Source of the DNA: an uncultured Gammaproteobacteria bacterium
GTDB taxonomy: Bacteria; Pseudomonadota; Gammaproteobacteria; Steroidobacterales; UBA11654
Assembly: GCA_902634075.1 (NCBI GenBank)
Contig: CACPJA010000003.1
Location: 8,407 to 72,406 of the forward strand
Direction: 5' to 3'
DNA: 64,000 nt
Below are positions 38,531-48,426 of the stretch, in pieces. Below the pieces are notes generated by a model. The model worked only from the letters and a program-made list of their open reading frames with translations, was not told where the DNA came from and made no database searches. The position numbers and the translations under genes were made by a program. The first letter of the stretch is position 1, and each line of letters begins with the position of its first letter.

Positions 38531-40993
38531 ATGAATAAATACATTACAAGCGTTATCGGGGTCTTCATAAGTGTTCTTATGCTAATACCTGTATCGCAAG
38601 TGTATTCTCAGTCGGTGATCGAGGAAATTACAGTTACTGCTCGTCAAAGAGAAGAATCTTTGAGGGAAGTACCTGCAGCTATTACGGTTTTAACTGAGAA
38701 ACAAATAGAACGATCTGGTGTCGCTAGGGCAACAGATTTTATTAACTTAACACCTGGTGTCACGATAGTTGATACAGCTGAAGTTGGAGATACGCAAGTT
38801 AGTATCCGAGGATTAAACGGTGCCAGAGATGCTGAGACCAGTTTTGGTTTAATCATAGACGGTATTGTAATGACCAATCCAGCAGCACTTAATCGTGAAT
38901 ACTTAGGTTTGTCACAAATCGAGGTTCTTAAAGGTCCTCAAGGTGCACTCTATGGAAGAAACGCATCTGCGGGAGCCATCATTGTTACCACTGCAAAGCC
39001 TTCTGATGAAGCAGGCACTAAAGTTAAGTTAAGCTTGGGTGAGCATGAAAGTTTTGCTATTACTGCAAGAGCAGATATTCCAATGGAGAATCACAATCTA
39101 AGCATCATTGCCAATCACAACTCCACAGACGGATTCAGAACAAATCGATGGTTGAATTGTGATGATTGTGTTGACCCTTATGAGTCAACAGATATCTATG
39201 CAAGAATGACATGGGACATGGATGAGAACACCTCCATGGATGCTAAGCTTCGATACGGCGAAGTGGATACAAGCTCTATTGTCTTTAATGCGGTTTTTCA
39301 ATTACCAGCATTCGAGGCTTTCTTGGGTATCCCAACACTTTACGAAGATGTGAATGACCACAACTTTGAATTTGTCAGTAATTTCCCACATACCAATGAT
39401 CAAGAATCTTTAGAATTTTCATTAAGAATGGAGAGGGATCTAGGTTGGGCTAATATGACCGCTTGGACTTTATATAGCGACATTGAAAACTCATTTGGAG
39501 CAGACGGAACCAGTGGTGCGTTTGGCTTCTTCTTTGGCGATCAATCTTGCTTGGATTCTTTGAATGAGATTGTTTCTGCTGGCCAAGGATTTTCTCTTCC
39601 TTCACCTCAGTACATTGCAACAGCGGACCCATCTGTACCCAATGGCCTATTGCTAGGTCCATACACACCTACAAGATGTGACGGTACTCAGTACCAGGTA
39701 AGAAACCAGGATGATTTAAGTTTTGAAATAAGATTTAGCTCGCCTGATGATCAAGCAATCCGATGGAGCATGGGCGCGTATTTACTTGATGTAAACAGAG
39801 AAGTTGGCGTGAACCAAGGAATTGATAAAGGTTTTGGAGTTGTTGAAAGCATGTATGTGCCAGCATCTGGAAACAATCCTACTGAACAAATGGTATGGGA
39901 TGATTTTAGTAATAAGGTAAGTGCTTTCTTTGGATCATTTGATATTGATCTAACCGACACAATGGAACTCTCAATTGCAGGTCGATACGACAAAGAAAAA
40001 AGAAGAGTGCATAGCTTAGTTCCAACTAATGTCACTTCAACTTATATTGATTGTGATGGCCCTCCATACACAGGCGGACCATTAAACACAGGTCTATGTA
40101 GCGCAAGCTCAATTCCTGACCAGGAAAAAACATTTGAACATTTCCAACCCAAGGTGAGTCTTGCTTGGCAGGCTGATGAAGATCTTTCAATGTATATGAG
40201 TTGGGGCGAAGGCTTCAAGAGTGGAGGTTTTAACAACTCTGGTGCACGACAAACAGTTGATACTTTCATTAATCCATTAAATCCTGGATCACCAGTGGCG
40301 ATTACCGATTCTTATGCTAAAGAAGTTAATACTTCACTAGAGGCTGGTTTTAAAGCGCTATTGCTTGATCAACGAGTTAGTCTTGATGTCTCGGTTTATA
40401 GAACTGATGCTGAGAATTTGCAATTCTTTGAATTTATTGTTGGACCCTTTGGTTTGCTTAGGATTGTTGAGAACATCGATGAAGCTGAAATGGATGGCGT
40501 TGAGTTAGCAGTAAATGCAATCATTAACGATAATATTTCTGTTTATGCTTCAGGCGCGACTGTCAATAGTGAGATCATGAAGAATTCTGTTCGATCTGAC
40601 AGTGTGGGTAACCAGGTACCTTATCACGCTGACTGGACCTTTAATGGTGGGCTTTCACTAGACTATCCAATGGCAAACGGCAGAAATTTCTTCGCACAGA
40701 TTGACTACGCTGTTGTTGGACCAACATGGTTCCATGTTATGCAGACTGATAATTCAAGAATGAGCTTATTTGGAGCTCCTATGGCTTACGACAAGACTGA
40801 TAGAGACAGGTACAGCACTGTCAATCTTAGATTAGGCATAGAAACTGATAATATGACCTTTGCTGCTTATGCCAAGAATGCGACTGATGAAGATTATTTG
40901 GCTGAAGTAATACCAGCTCCTGAATTTGGAGGAGTATTTGCTCATCCTGGGCCGCAAAGAAGAGTTGGCCTTGAAGTTACTTATCAGTTCTAA
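38531..40993 (+). CDS. TonB-dependent receptor
   Basis: Signal peptide, TonB box EEITVTAR, IEVLKGPQGALYGRNA, C-terminal YQF. Confidence 0.95.
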   Translation: MNKYITSVIGVFISVLMLIPVSQVYSQSVIEEITVTARQREESLREVPAAITVLTEKQIERSGVARATDFINLTPGVTIVDTAEVGDTQVSIRGLNGARDAETSFGLIIDGIVMTNPAALNREYLGLSQIEVLKGPQGALYGRNASAGAIIVTTAKPSDEAGTKVKLSLGEHESFAITARADIPMENHNLSIIANHNSTDGFRTNRWLNCDDCVDPYESTDIYARMTWDMDENTSMDAKLRYGEVDTSSIVFNAVFQLPAFEAFLGIPTLYEDVNDHNFEFVSNFPHTNDQESLEFSLRMERDLGWANMTAWTLYSDIENSFGADGTSGAFGFFFGDQSCLDSLNEIVSAGQGFSLPSPQYIATADPSVPNGLLLGPYTPTRCDGTQYQVRNQDDLSFEIRFSSPDDQAIRWSMGAYLLDVNREVGVNQGIDKGFGVVESMYVPASGNNPTEQMVWDDFSNKVSAFFGSFDIDLTDTMELSIAGRYDKEKRRVHSLVPTNVTSTYIDCDGPPYTGGPLNTGLCSASSIPDQEKTFEHFQPKVSLAWQADEDLSMYMSWGEGFKSGGFNNSGARQTVDTFINPLNPGSPVAITDSYAKEVNTSLEAGFKALLLDQRVSLDVSVYRTDAENLQFFEFIVGPFGLLRIVENIDEAEMDGVELAVNAIINDNISVYASGATVNSEIMKNSVRSDSVGNQVPYHADWTFNGGLSLDYPMANGRNFFAQIDYAVVGPTWFHVMQTDNSRMSLFGAPMAYDKTDRDRYSTVNLRLGIETDNMTFAAYAKNATDEDYLAEVIPAPEFGGVFAHPGPQRRVGLEVTYQF

Positions 40994-41013
40994 ATCTTCT
41001 TGCTAATAAAAAG

Positions 41014-41042
41014 AAAAGCCTCGCATTGCGGGGCTTTTTTTT
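41014..41042. terminator. bidirectional intrinsic terminator
   Basis: AAAAGCCTCGC-ATT-GCGGGGCTTTTTTT flanked by A and T tracts, between convergent genes. Confidence 0.85.
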
Positions 41043-42514
41043 TAATAGGGACGTTTTAAATAAATACCCCTAGGTTCACCAAGAACTTCACCGTTATCAT
41101 ATATCCGATTTCCCCTAAGGAAAGTGGTAGTAACTTTGGCATTAAGTTCTTGACCTTCAAAAGGGGTATAGCCTTGTCCAGATTCTGACTCTTCAGCTTT
41201 AATGGTCCAACTGGCATTAGGGTCCACAAGCACGACATCGGCATCGAGCCCAATCTCAAGGTCACCTTTTCGTCTTAAGCCATATCGTCTTGCTGGATTT
41301 AGGCTGGTCAATTCAGCCATTTTATTCAATGATAGTCCACGTTTTAGACCTTCACTGACCAAGGCTGAAAGAAGATATTCGGTGCCACCAAAGCCTGATT
41401 TTGCCAGCCAAACATTTTCTGCATCTTCTGAATCCACCTTATCTTCATGTTTGCAGCAGGCATGATCACTGCAAATCCAATCTATATCACCGTTCAAAAC
41501 GCTCTCCCATAGGTATTCAACATCTTCTCTGGGCCTGATAGGCGGATTGACTTTGGCAAAATTACCCGTTGGAGCATCAACATCTAAGATTAAATGCCCA
41601 ATGGTGACTTCTCTTCTAAAGTTAATATGAGGAAAAACAGTTTGCATTTGCATGGCCGCATCTACTGCCTTTTTTGAGGTTAAGTGCAACAGATTGATAT
41701 TAGGTAGATTGGTCTCATTGGCTAGGTAAGAAGCTATAAAAATTGCCAGTCCTTCAGAATGCGGAGGCCTTGATGCACTATATGCTTTAAGGCCTGAAAG
41801 GCTATCGTCAGCTTGGACCATCTTCGTATAAGCCGCCATAATTTCAGCGGTTTCACAATGCAGGCTAAGACTAATATCGTCTTTTTTATCAGGATACATG
41901 CCGATTGCTTTTTCTATGCCTCTCATTACAAATTCAAAATGAGCAATATCGTATTTTTCATCCTCATTGATCATCAAAAACTCGTGTTGGCTTGAGGATG
42001 CTCCATGTAATCCATGGCCTCCATAGAACATAAAAATCTTAAAGGAAGTAACACCAAAGTCTTCTATTAAGCTAGGTATCTCATTAATGTGGGTCTGATC
42101 CATTGGGGCTAAGTGATACGCATAATCAACAAAGAAATTGTTCTCTGATAGTGAGAATACTTCTGGCATAAAGTCTTTATAAGGGCCGCCCTTATTAAGG
42201 TAATAACCACCCGTTCTCATATAGTTCAAACTGGAGGTGACGCCGCCCATAGCAGCAGCTCGACTTTCAATAATGGCGTCTTGATCTAGAGGGTTATAGA
42301 TGCCTGTGTGCATGTGTGCATCAACCAGCCCAGGAAAGGCTAATTTATTATCTCCATCGTAGACTTCATCTGAGCTATCTGGATCTAGATTAGGTTCCAT
42401 GCTTTTAATCAGTCCATCCTTTATGCCTAAATCTATATTATTAATTCCGTCCAACTTTGGTTTGACCGCTTGAATATTTTTAATAATTAAATCAAATTCT
42501 TTGTTTTCACTCAT
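41042..42514 (-). CDS. cyclic amidohydrolase (allantoinase/hydantoinase/dihydroorotase family)
   Basis: DAHMH, SFKIFM (carbamylated Lys), LHCE, LHLT, NPPIR, SDHA. Confidence 0.88.
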   Translation of the reverse strand: MSENKEFDLIIKNIQAVKPKLDGINNIDLGIKDGLIKSMEPNLDPDSSDEVYDGDNKLAFPGLVDAHMHTGIYNPLDQDAIIESRAAAMGGVTSSLNYMRTGGYYLNKGGPYKDFMPEVFSLSENNFFVDYAYHLAPMDQTHINEIPSLIEDFGVTSFKIFMFYGGHGLHGASSSQHEFLMINEDEKYDIAHFEFVMRGIEKAIGMYPDKKDDISLSLHCETAEIMAAYTKMVQADDSLSGLKAYSASRPPHSEGLAIFIASYLANETNLPNINLLHLTSKKAVDAAMQMQTVFPHINFRREVTIGHLILDVDAPTGNFAKVNPPIRPREDVEYLWESVLNGDIDWICSDHACCKHEDKVDSEDAENVWLAKSGFGGTEYLLSALVSEGLKRGLSLNKMAELTSLNPARRYGLRRKGDLEIGLDADVVLVDPNASWTIKAEESESGQGYTPFEGQELNAKVTTTFLRGNRIYDNGEVLGEPRGIYLKRPY

Positions 42515-42532
42515 TTGTCTTCCTTCAAAAAA

Positions 42533-44107
42533 TTAGTTTTCATCAAAACCTAGGCTGCCTGGATTAATAAGGTTTTTAGGATCCAGTTGATGTTTTAAGG
42601 CAGTTAGAAATCTTCTTGTGCTTTTAGCTCGAGTCTTCATAAAAGGATAGTCTTTACCAATTTGAAAATGGATCGCTCCGTTTTCTACTGCCATATTTTC
42701 GATTCTATCTTTGATTTCATAAACCAATTCTAAACCTATGGGATTAGATTCGTAAACAGGGACTTGATCAAGATCAAGTGGGTAGACTTTTTTATGATAA
42801 ATCGATTGTTGATCTTTCCACAAGAATGTTGGCTCATATAAGAAAGCGTTACTTTCAATAAAGGAGAACATTCTATTCATAGCAATTCCATGCTCATCCA
42901 TCCTTGTTTTATATTCTTGCATCAAAGATTCAAAATCTTGGTCATGTTTCAATACTCTTGAAAACGGTAAAACACTGTGTGTCGGTTTCCATAGTTCCCC
43001 ATTAGGTCCCAGTATGGGGGTCAGATCCATAAATGGACTTGCATGCAAGTAAAGTGGGATTGAGTTAGCAACTTCCTTGCCATATTTTTGAGCAATTGAT
43101 CTGGCTTCAGACAATTTTAATTTCGCTTCCTTGGTATTAACACCCTCGGTAGTAAAGTGACCAGAAAAGGCTGCTTTTTTTAAAAAGCCACGTCCAGCAA
43201 CGCCCATTTTCATTAATTGGAAGAGGCCATCTATAGGGTTCCTTGAGGAGAGGTAAACAGATTTTGCTGCAGCCAGCGGGCTTGTGTTTTCCATTTCCAT
43301 AATGGCTGTTTTTTGTTTTCTAGGATCTAACCCATGGTTATCCGAAACCACTCCAAGTTTGGCAATATCACGCATTGCCAAAAAGAGATTTTCAAAATCT
43401 GGAAAACCAAATGAGCAAGCCGCAAAACCATCTGGATATTTTTTTAGCTTAAGTGAGATTCTAGTTTTGACTCCTAGAGCACCAGAATCACCAAGAAATA
43501 GACCGCCAATATCAGGACCGTAGTATCTGAAAAATCTACTGGTCTGTTGATCTTTGCCTTGTGAGCCTGTTTCAATGATATCCCCATTCCCAGTCACCAC
43601 TTGAAGGCTAGATAATGAATCTGCTGATACAGCGTTGTTTGTTCCATGAGATAAAGCATGAAATGACATCGATCCACCAACTGTTGCTACTCTGCCAGAA
43701 AATGGACCCCAGAATGGTGTCCTTAAACCCATTGGCTTAAGAGTCTCATATAGTTCTTCCCAGGTAACACCGGGCTCCACTGTGACGAACATATCCTCTT
43801 CATTCACTTCGATTTTTTTAAGTTTTGAGCTATCAATAATTATCGTATTATCTTTTATAGGTAGGTAGCCGCCGGTATAGGATGCGCCTCCACCTCTAAC
43901 CACAATTGGGAATTCATTCTTTAAACACGTCTGAGCAACCTGGATCAACTCATCAGCGTTGCTTGGTCTTATAACTGCAACGGCTTTCTTTTTAGCGGTT
44001 TCAAAAACATCCGTTGAATAGAACTCAAGCGATTGTTTATCTTGAAGGACATTAGTTATCCCGACAAGATCAATTAGCTCTTTTAAGCCACTTTCTAGGT
44101 TTTCCAT
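42533..44107 (-). CDS. FAD-binding oxidoreductase (VAO/PCMH family)
   Basis: VRGGGASYTGG, VEPGVTW, ATVGG, GALGVKT, LDPKNLINPG. Confidence 0.88.
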   Translation of the reverse strand: MENLESGLKELIDLVGITNVLQDKQSLEFYSTDVFETAKKKAVAVIRPSNADELIQVAQTCLKNEFPIVVRGGGASYTGGYLPIKDNTIIIDSSKLKKIEVNEEDMFVTVEPGVTWEELYETLKPMGLRTPFWGPFSGRVATVGGSMSFHALSHGTNNAVSADSLSSLQVVTGNGDIIETGSQGKDQQTSRFFRYYGPDIGGLFLGDSGALGVKTRISLKLKKYPDGFAACSFGFPDFENLFLAMRDIAKLGVVSDNHGLDPRKQKTAIMEMENTSPLAAAKSVYLSSRNPIDGLFQLMKMGVAGRGFLKKAAFSGHFTTEGVNTKEAKLKLSEARSIAQKYGKEVANSIPLYLHASPFMDLTPILGPNGELWKPTHSVLPFSRVLKHDQDFESLMQEYKTRMDEHGIAMNRMFSFIESNAFLYEPTFLWKDQQSIYHKKVYPLDLDQVPVYESNPIGLELVYEIKDRIENMAVENGAIHFQIGKDYPFMKTRAKSTRRFLTALKHQLDPKNLINPGSLGFDEN

Positions 44108-44192
44108 ATTCGTGGGTAGTTATTAGTTATAAGATGAATGATTATATCCTTTGAAGATAGCCCATGTTAAATTATTTAAAAATAATTATAAG

Positions 44193-44990
44193 ATGCAGCA
44201 TTACGTAAAAAAATCATATATTGACAGCCGTTTTGGGCAGTTGCATTTTCAAGTTTATGGAGCTGGTAAACCTCTAATACTGTGCCATCAATCACCGAGT
44301 TCTTTGGAAATGTTCAATTCAGCATATCCCATACTGTCTTCTCTTGGTGTTCAATCAATTGGCATTGACACTCCGGGATACGGTCAATCAGATAGTCCGG
44401 ATCACCAACCTAAGATTTTAGATTATGCAAAATGCGTCATCGATGTTATTGAATCTCTGAATTTAGAGAAGGTCTCGCTTCTTGGTCATCATACAGGAGC
44501 ATGCATAGTTGCAGAACTCGCTGTTATCCGCCCTGACTTGGTGGAAAAAGTTATTCTGAATGGACCACCATTGTTATCTCTTGATGAGCGGAATGAGATG
44601 ATAGAAATGATTAAAAAAGCACCTCCAATCGTTCCAAAAAAAGACGGGAGCCATCTGGTGGATCTATGGAAAAAACGTATGAATTTTACCCCAGGATGGA
44701 CAGATCTCGATGCAATGCAAAGAGGCATTGTTCAAATGCTTCGCGCGGGACCTAACGATATTTTTGGTTTTAATGCTGCCTTTGGGCAAGACTTGGAAAG
44801 TATTATTCTAAAGATAGATAAACCTACCATGATACTGACTAATACAGGAGATGATATTTACTTTGCCGCCCTTAGAACTAAGGAGTTACGTACAGATTTC
44901 GAGTTTTTAGAACTGCAAAATGGGACCCATGATATTGTCGATGAGCAGCCTAATGAATGGTCAGAAGCCGTGTTTAATTTTATAAAATAA
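44193..44990 (+). CDS. alpha/beta hydrolase
   Basis: LCHQSP, DTPGYGQS, atypical elbow GHHTG; start ATG 44193 or TTG 44151. Confidence 0.82.
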   Translation: MQHYVKKSYIDSRFGQLHFQVYGAGKPLILCHQSPSSLEMFNSAYPILSSLGVQSIGIDTPGYGQSDSPDHQPKILDYAKCVIDVIESLNLEKVSLLGHHTGACIVAELAVIRPDLVEKVILNGPPLLSLDERNEMIEMIKKAPPIVPKKDGSHLVDLWKKRMNFTPGWTDLDAMQRGIVQMLRAGPNDIFGFNAAFGQDLESIILKIDKPTMILTNTGDDIYFAALRTKELRTDFEFLELQNGTHDIVDEQPNEWSEAVFNFIK

Positions 44991-45059
44991 AAAAAAGATT
45001 AGAAATTTATCCAGAACCGGTTACCATGCATTCTTTAAATCCTATTAGGGAGTTCTATT

Positions 45060-45314
45060 TTGAATATTTACGTTGGTAATATAGCTTGGTCAATGACTGA
45101 AGATGAACTTGAAGCTTTGTTCGCAGAACATGGCGCTGTAACTTCAGCTAACATCATTACTGATAAATACTCGGGCAGATCTAGAGGATTCGGTTTTGTA
45201 GAGATGGAAGATGACGCGGCTGCAGAAGCTGCTATCGAAGCACTCAATGAAACTGAGCACTCTGGAAGAGCGCTTAGAGTTAATCAAGCTAAGCCTAGAG
45301 AAGACAGGAACTAG
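45060..45314 (+). CDS. RRM RNA-binding protein
   Basis: RNP2 IYVGNI, RNP1 RGFGFVEM; TTG start with SD GGGAG. Confidence 0.95.
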   Translation: MNIYVGNIAWSMTEDELEALFAEHGAVTSANIITDKYSGRSRGFGFVEMEDDAAAEAAIEALNETEHSGRALRVNQAKPREDRN

Positions 45315-45411
45315 TTCCCTTTCCAATATTTGCTAATGATTGCATCTTCGGATGTAGGCTTGAATATTGCCTGTTCTAGAATACAATGCAGAAAAGTAAT
45401 TTGGTTATACC

Positions 45412-45645
45412 ATGAGATTTGGAATTTATTTTTTTCAGTTATTTTTTATTATCCCACTCTTGCTGAGTTGCGAAGGGAGAACTCCTGAGGACTTTGATCG
45501 TGAATTCAATCAAAAGTACAACGCCTGCTTTGAACGAGCAAAGCTAAGATGCGATTCTGATATGAATACTGAGGCTTGTGAGTTGATGGCCAATGATAGG
45601 TGTCAGAGCTTTCTCGGCACATCTGATAATCCAATAGTTAAATAA
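45412..45645 (+). CDS. small Cys-rich lipoprotein
   Basis: Lipobox LLSC plus four further Cys. Confidence 0.65.
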   Translation: MRFGIYFFQLFFIIPLLLSCEGRTPEDFDREFNQKYNACFERAKLRCDSDMNTEACELMANDRCQSFLGTSDNPIVK

Positions 45646-45647
45646 CT

Positions 45648-46361
45648 TTAACGTTTTTCAAGATTGAACCGACTGGTGTAATACCAAAGGAGCATTCCTG
45701 AGACTATCGTCATTAAGCCTATAAATGCAAAAATTCTAATTAACCAATGGGAGAAATCATCCCGTTCTTTGTAATCCATGATGTGCAAGGACCATAAAAA
45801 ATCGAAGGTCCTCCATAATCTGGTTCTGATTGCTGCTATTTCTCCAGTGTTAGGGTCCACATAGACCATACCTTTTTGAGGTTTTTCAACAAATACTCTA
45901 TAAAGGGGTAAATCTCTACCTCTGTATTCAGAACCACTTTCTCTATCATTAATGAGTTCCACTTTCTTAGGCTTAAGGTTGGTTTCTCTACTAACAATCA
46001 ACGATGCCTCATCTGGAGTGATAAAAAACAATCTTTTACCCGATATAGCATCATAATTTGATATTTGGTTTGAGCTTTTTACTTGATAGACCCATGTATC
46101 TGCTCTCCTTTTGAGCAAGATGTTGTAGTCTTCCTCTTCATTGATATCTAGATTTTTTAAAAGAGTTGACATTGCAAACAGATTTTCGTGATCAAGTCTT
46201 TGAGCCTCATTAGTTGTTTCCCAAACCCGGTATTGATCACCCCTAACATCTTTGATATCAGGTATCGTGAAGAATAATCCTGATAGCGTCCATAAAAGCA
46301 GTTGGATTGAAGCGAATAAACCCAACCATCTGTGTAAAAATTTTATATATTTTAATTTCAT
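45648..46361 (-). CDS. PepSY-associated TM helix protein
   Basis: HRWLGL...WTLSG and FDFLWSLHIMDY. Confidence 0.85.
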   Translation of the reverse strand: MKLKYIKFLHRWLGLFASIQLLLWTLSGLFFTIPDIKDVRGDQYRVWETTNEAQRLDHENLFAMSTLLKNLDINEEEDYNILLKRRADTWVYQVKSSNQISNYDAISGKRLFFITPDEASLIVSRETNLKPKKVELINDRESGSEYRGRDLPLYRVFVEKPQKGMVYVDPNTGEIAAIRTRLWRTFDFLWSLHIMDYKERDDFSHWLIRIFAFIGLMTIVSGMLLWYYTSRFNLEKR

Positions 46362-46408
46362 AATTGTTATTATATTCTCTCAATTTAGAACAAGTCTAAA
46401 AAATAAGC

Positions 46409-46864
46409 ATGACCACAGAAGCAATAAAAGAAGAATCTATCTCATGGAAGTGTAAACACACTTGGAAAAGAGCATCCGTAAATACACTGTGGTGCCTATT
46501 GGGTTGTTCGATAGGTGATTTTGGAACAATCTATTTTTTTCAAGTAACTGGAAACCCTTGGGAGTTCTCAGTGCTTTTGATTATGAGCTTAGCCATCATG
46601 AATGGTCTAATCACATCGATCATGCTTGAAACTTACATACTCTCAAGACAAATGGTTTTAAAAGAGGCATTTAGAGTTGCAATTGGAATGTCTTTGATCT
46701 CCATGGTTGCAATGGAAGCAGCCATGAATATAACGGATGTAATTCTAACTGGAGGAGCAATGCTGACATGGTGGGTCATTCCATTTATGCTGCTAGCTGG
46801 GTTTATTACTCCATTGCCTTATAATTATTATCGTCTTAAGAAGTACGGTAAAGCTTGCCACTAA
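46409..46864 (+). CDS. DUF4396 family membrane protein
   Basis: NTLWCLLGCSIGD, SMVAME, GFITPLPYNY, GKACH. Confidence 0.82.
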   Translation: MTTEAIKEESISWKCKHTWKRASVNTLWCLLGCSIGDFGTIYFFQVTGNPWEFSVLLIMSLAIMNGLITSIMLETYILSRQMVLKEAFRVAIGMSLISMVAMEAAMNITDVILTGGAMLTWWVIPFMLLAGFITPLPYNYYRLKKYGKACH

Positions 46865-46871
46865 TCTACTT

Positions 46872-47600
46872 CTAAGAATTCTTAACTGACCAGCTTCGAG
46901 CCCAATAAATAAAAGGCGTATCAAACGCTGCTATACCTATTTTGAAAACCATTTTGGCGAGACCGAGATTGATGGCTTGTTCTAGGTCAACGACGCCCCA
47001 CCAAACCACTAATGCGTAAAGTGTGGTGTCTACTGTTTGTGATGCCATGGTTGATAAATTATTTCTCAGCCACAGATGTCGTCCGTTGGTCCATGCCTTA
47101 ATTTTGTGGAAACACCAGACATCAAAACGCTGACTAATTAAATAAGCAAAGAGAGAACCAAAGATAAAACGTGGAGTGAAATCGAGAATCCTTACAAAAG
47201 ATTCGTGAACTTCAGAAGAAAAGGTTTGTTGATTTTGTGTTGAGGGAAGGAAAAGAAGAGAGATACTTAACATAATCAAAATAATTGCACTGACACTAAA
47301 GCCCATCATTACTGCATTGTCTGCAGCTTTCTTGCCAAACTTTTCACTCATCAGATCAGTAGCGAAGAAAATGCTCGAATAAAAAATAACACCCAAGCTG
47401 GTTTCCATACCAAAGATAACAGTTAGTTTTGGACCTTGAAGATTAGCCAATAGAATTGAGAGCACAATACAAGCAAGCAATCCATATCGGCCGAAGAATC
47501 GATACATTAAAACGGTAAAGCCAAGATCTAAGGCCAGAGTAATAAAATACAACAGATCTTGATTTGAAGAAAAATACAGTTGAAAAGATTCAGGGAACAT
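46872..47600 (-). CDS. yhhQ: queuosine precursor transporter (YhhQ/Vut_1)
   Basis: FFATDLMSE, PRFIFGSLFAYLISQRFDV, LWLRNNLSTMASQTVDT, DTPF. Confidence 0.88.
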   Translation of the reverse strand: MFPESFQLYFSSNQDLLYFITLALDLGFTVLMYRFFGRYGLLACIVLSILLANLQGPKLTVIFGMETSLGVIFYSSIFFATDLMSEKFGKKAADNAVMMGFSVSAIILIMLSISLLFLPSTQNQQTFSSEVHESFVRILDFTPRFIFGSLFAYLISQRFDVWCFHKIKAWTNGRHLWLRNNLSTMASQTVDTTLYALVVWWGVVDLEQAINLGLAKMVFKIGIAAFDTPFIYWARSWSVKNS

Positions 47601-47708
47601 AAAAAGTTAAATTTTTTTCATAAATGGGTTTTAATTCTATCGAATCATCGAATAAACTAAAGATAAATTAAAGATTGAATTTTTTGAGATAAAAAGAGAG
47701 GTAACGAA

Positions 47709-48416
47709 ATGATCGCTATTGGATATATGTTTATCGCATTTGCAGCAGCAGCATGTTTGGTTTTTGCAGCAAAAGCTTACATAAAACAGCCTAATAACAT
47801 ACTTCTCTTAATACTCTGCCCGACCTCATTACTCTGGTTTGATTCTTTTATCATTGCGATGGGGCAATCTATAGGAGAAGGTAGTCTTCTTTTAATCGCA
47901 ACCTATATTCGCTATTCAGCACATTGGTTGATGTTGCCGCTTCTTTTCATAGCAGCAGGCTTGATTTTGAGAGGAGCTGATTTTAAATTTGCCTCAAATA
48001 AATATGTTATGGGTGTTTTCTATTTTCTTGCGGCATTTTTTATTATCGAAGACTTCAGGCACATATTTATTGTAGATTTCTATCCTGCTTGTTACGGCGA
48101 TACTCTAAGATATGTCACCCAAGTTCCGATCGGACAAGCGTGCACTCCTGAAATGGAAGGAGTGGGTATGAGGGTCTCCCCTGCAGCTGCAATACTCCTG
48201 ACATTAATACTTCTTGTATCGGGAATAGCAATATGGATCAAACATAAATGGCCATGGCTGGCACTAGGTTGTTTCGTTATGTTTCTTGCAGCACAACCAA
48301 CTGCGATTGGGCCAATTCTTAGTAATGCTGGTGAGCCTGTATTTACTTTTGTGGTTACACTTGCAGCCATTAAATTTGGAAATAGATCTCAAGAACAAGC
48401 GCTTCCTAATTCTTGA
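47709..48416 (+). CDS. hypothetical multi-pass membrane protein
   Basis: About 7 TM, Cys-bracketed loop PAC...QAC; SD GAGG. Confidence 0.7.
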   Translation: MIAIGYMFIAFAAAACLVFAAKAYIKQPNNILLLILCPTSLLWFDSFIIAMGQSIGEGSLLLIATYIRYSAHWLMLPLLFIAAGLILRGADFKFASNKYVMGVFYFLAAFFIIEDFRHIFIVDFYPACYGDTLRYVTQVPIGQACTPEMEGVGMRVSPAAAILLTLILLVSGIAIWIKHKWPWLALGCFVMFLAAQPTAIGPILSNAGEPVFTFVVTLAAIKFGNRSQEQALPNS

Positions 48417-48426
48417 ATAAACAGGC

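Noticed and set aside
47601..47708. preQ1 riboswitch upstream of yhhQ
   Set aside because: An A-rich tract is present but there is no convincing P1 stem or conserved loop
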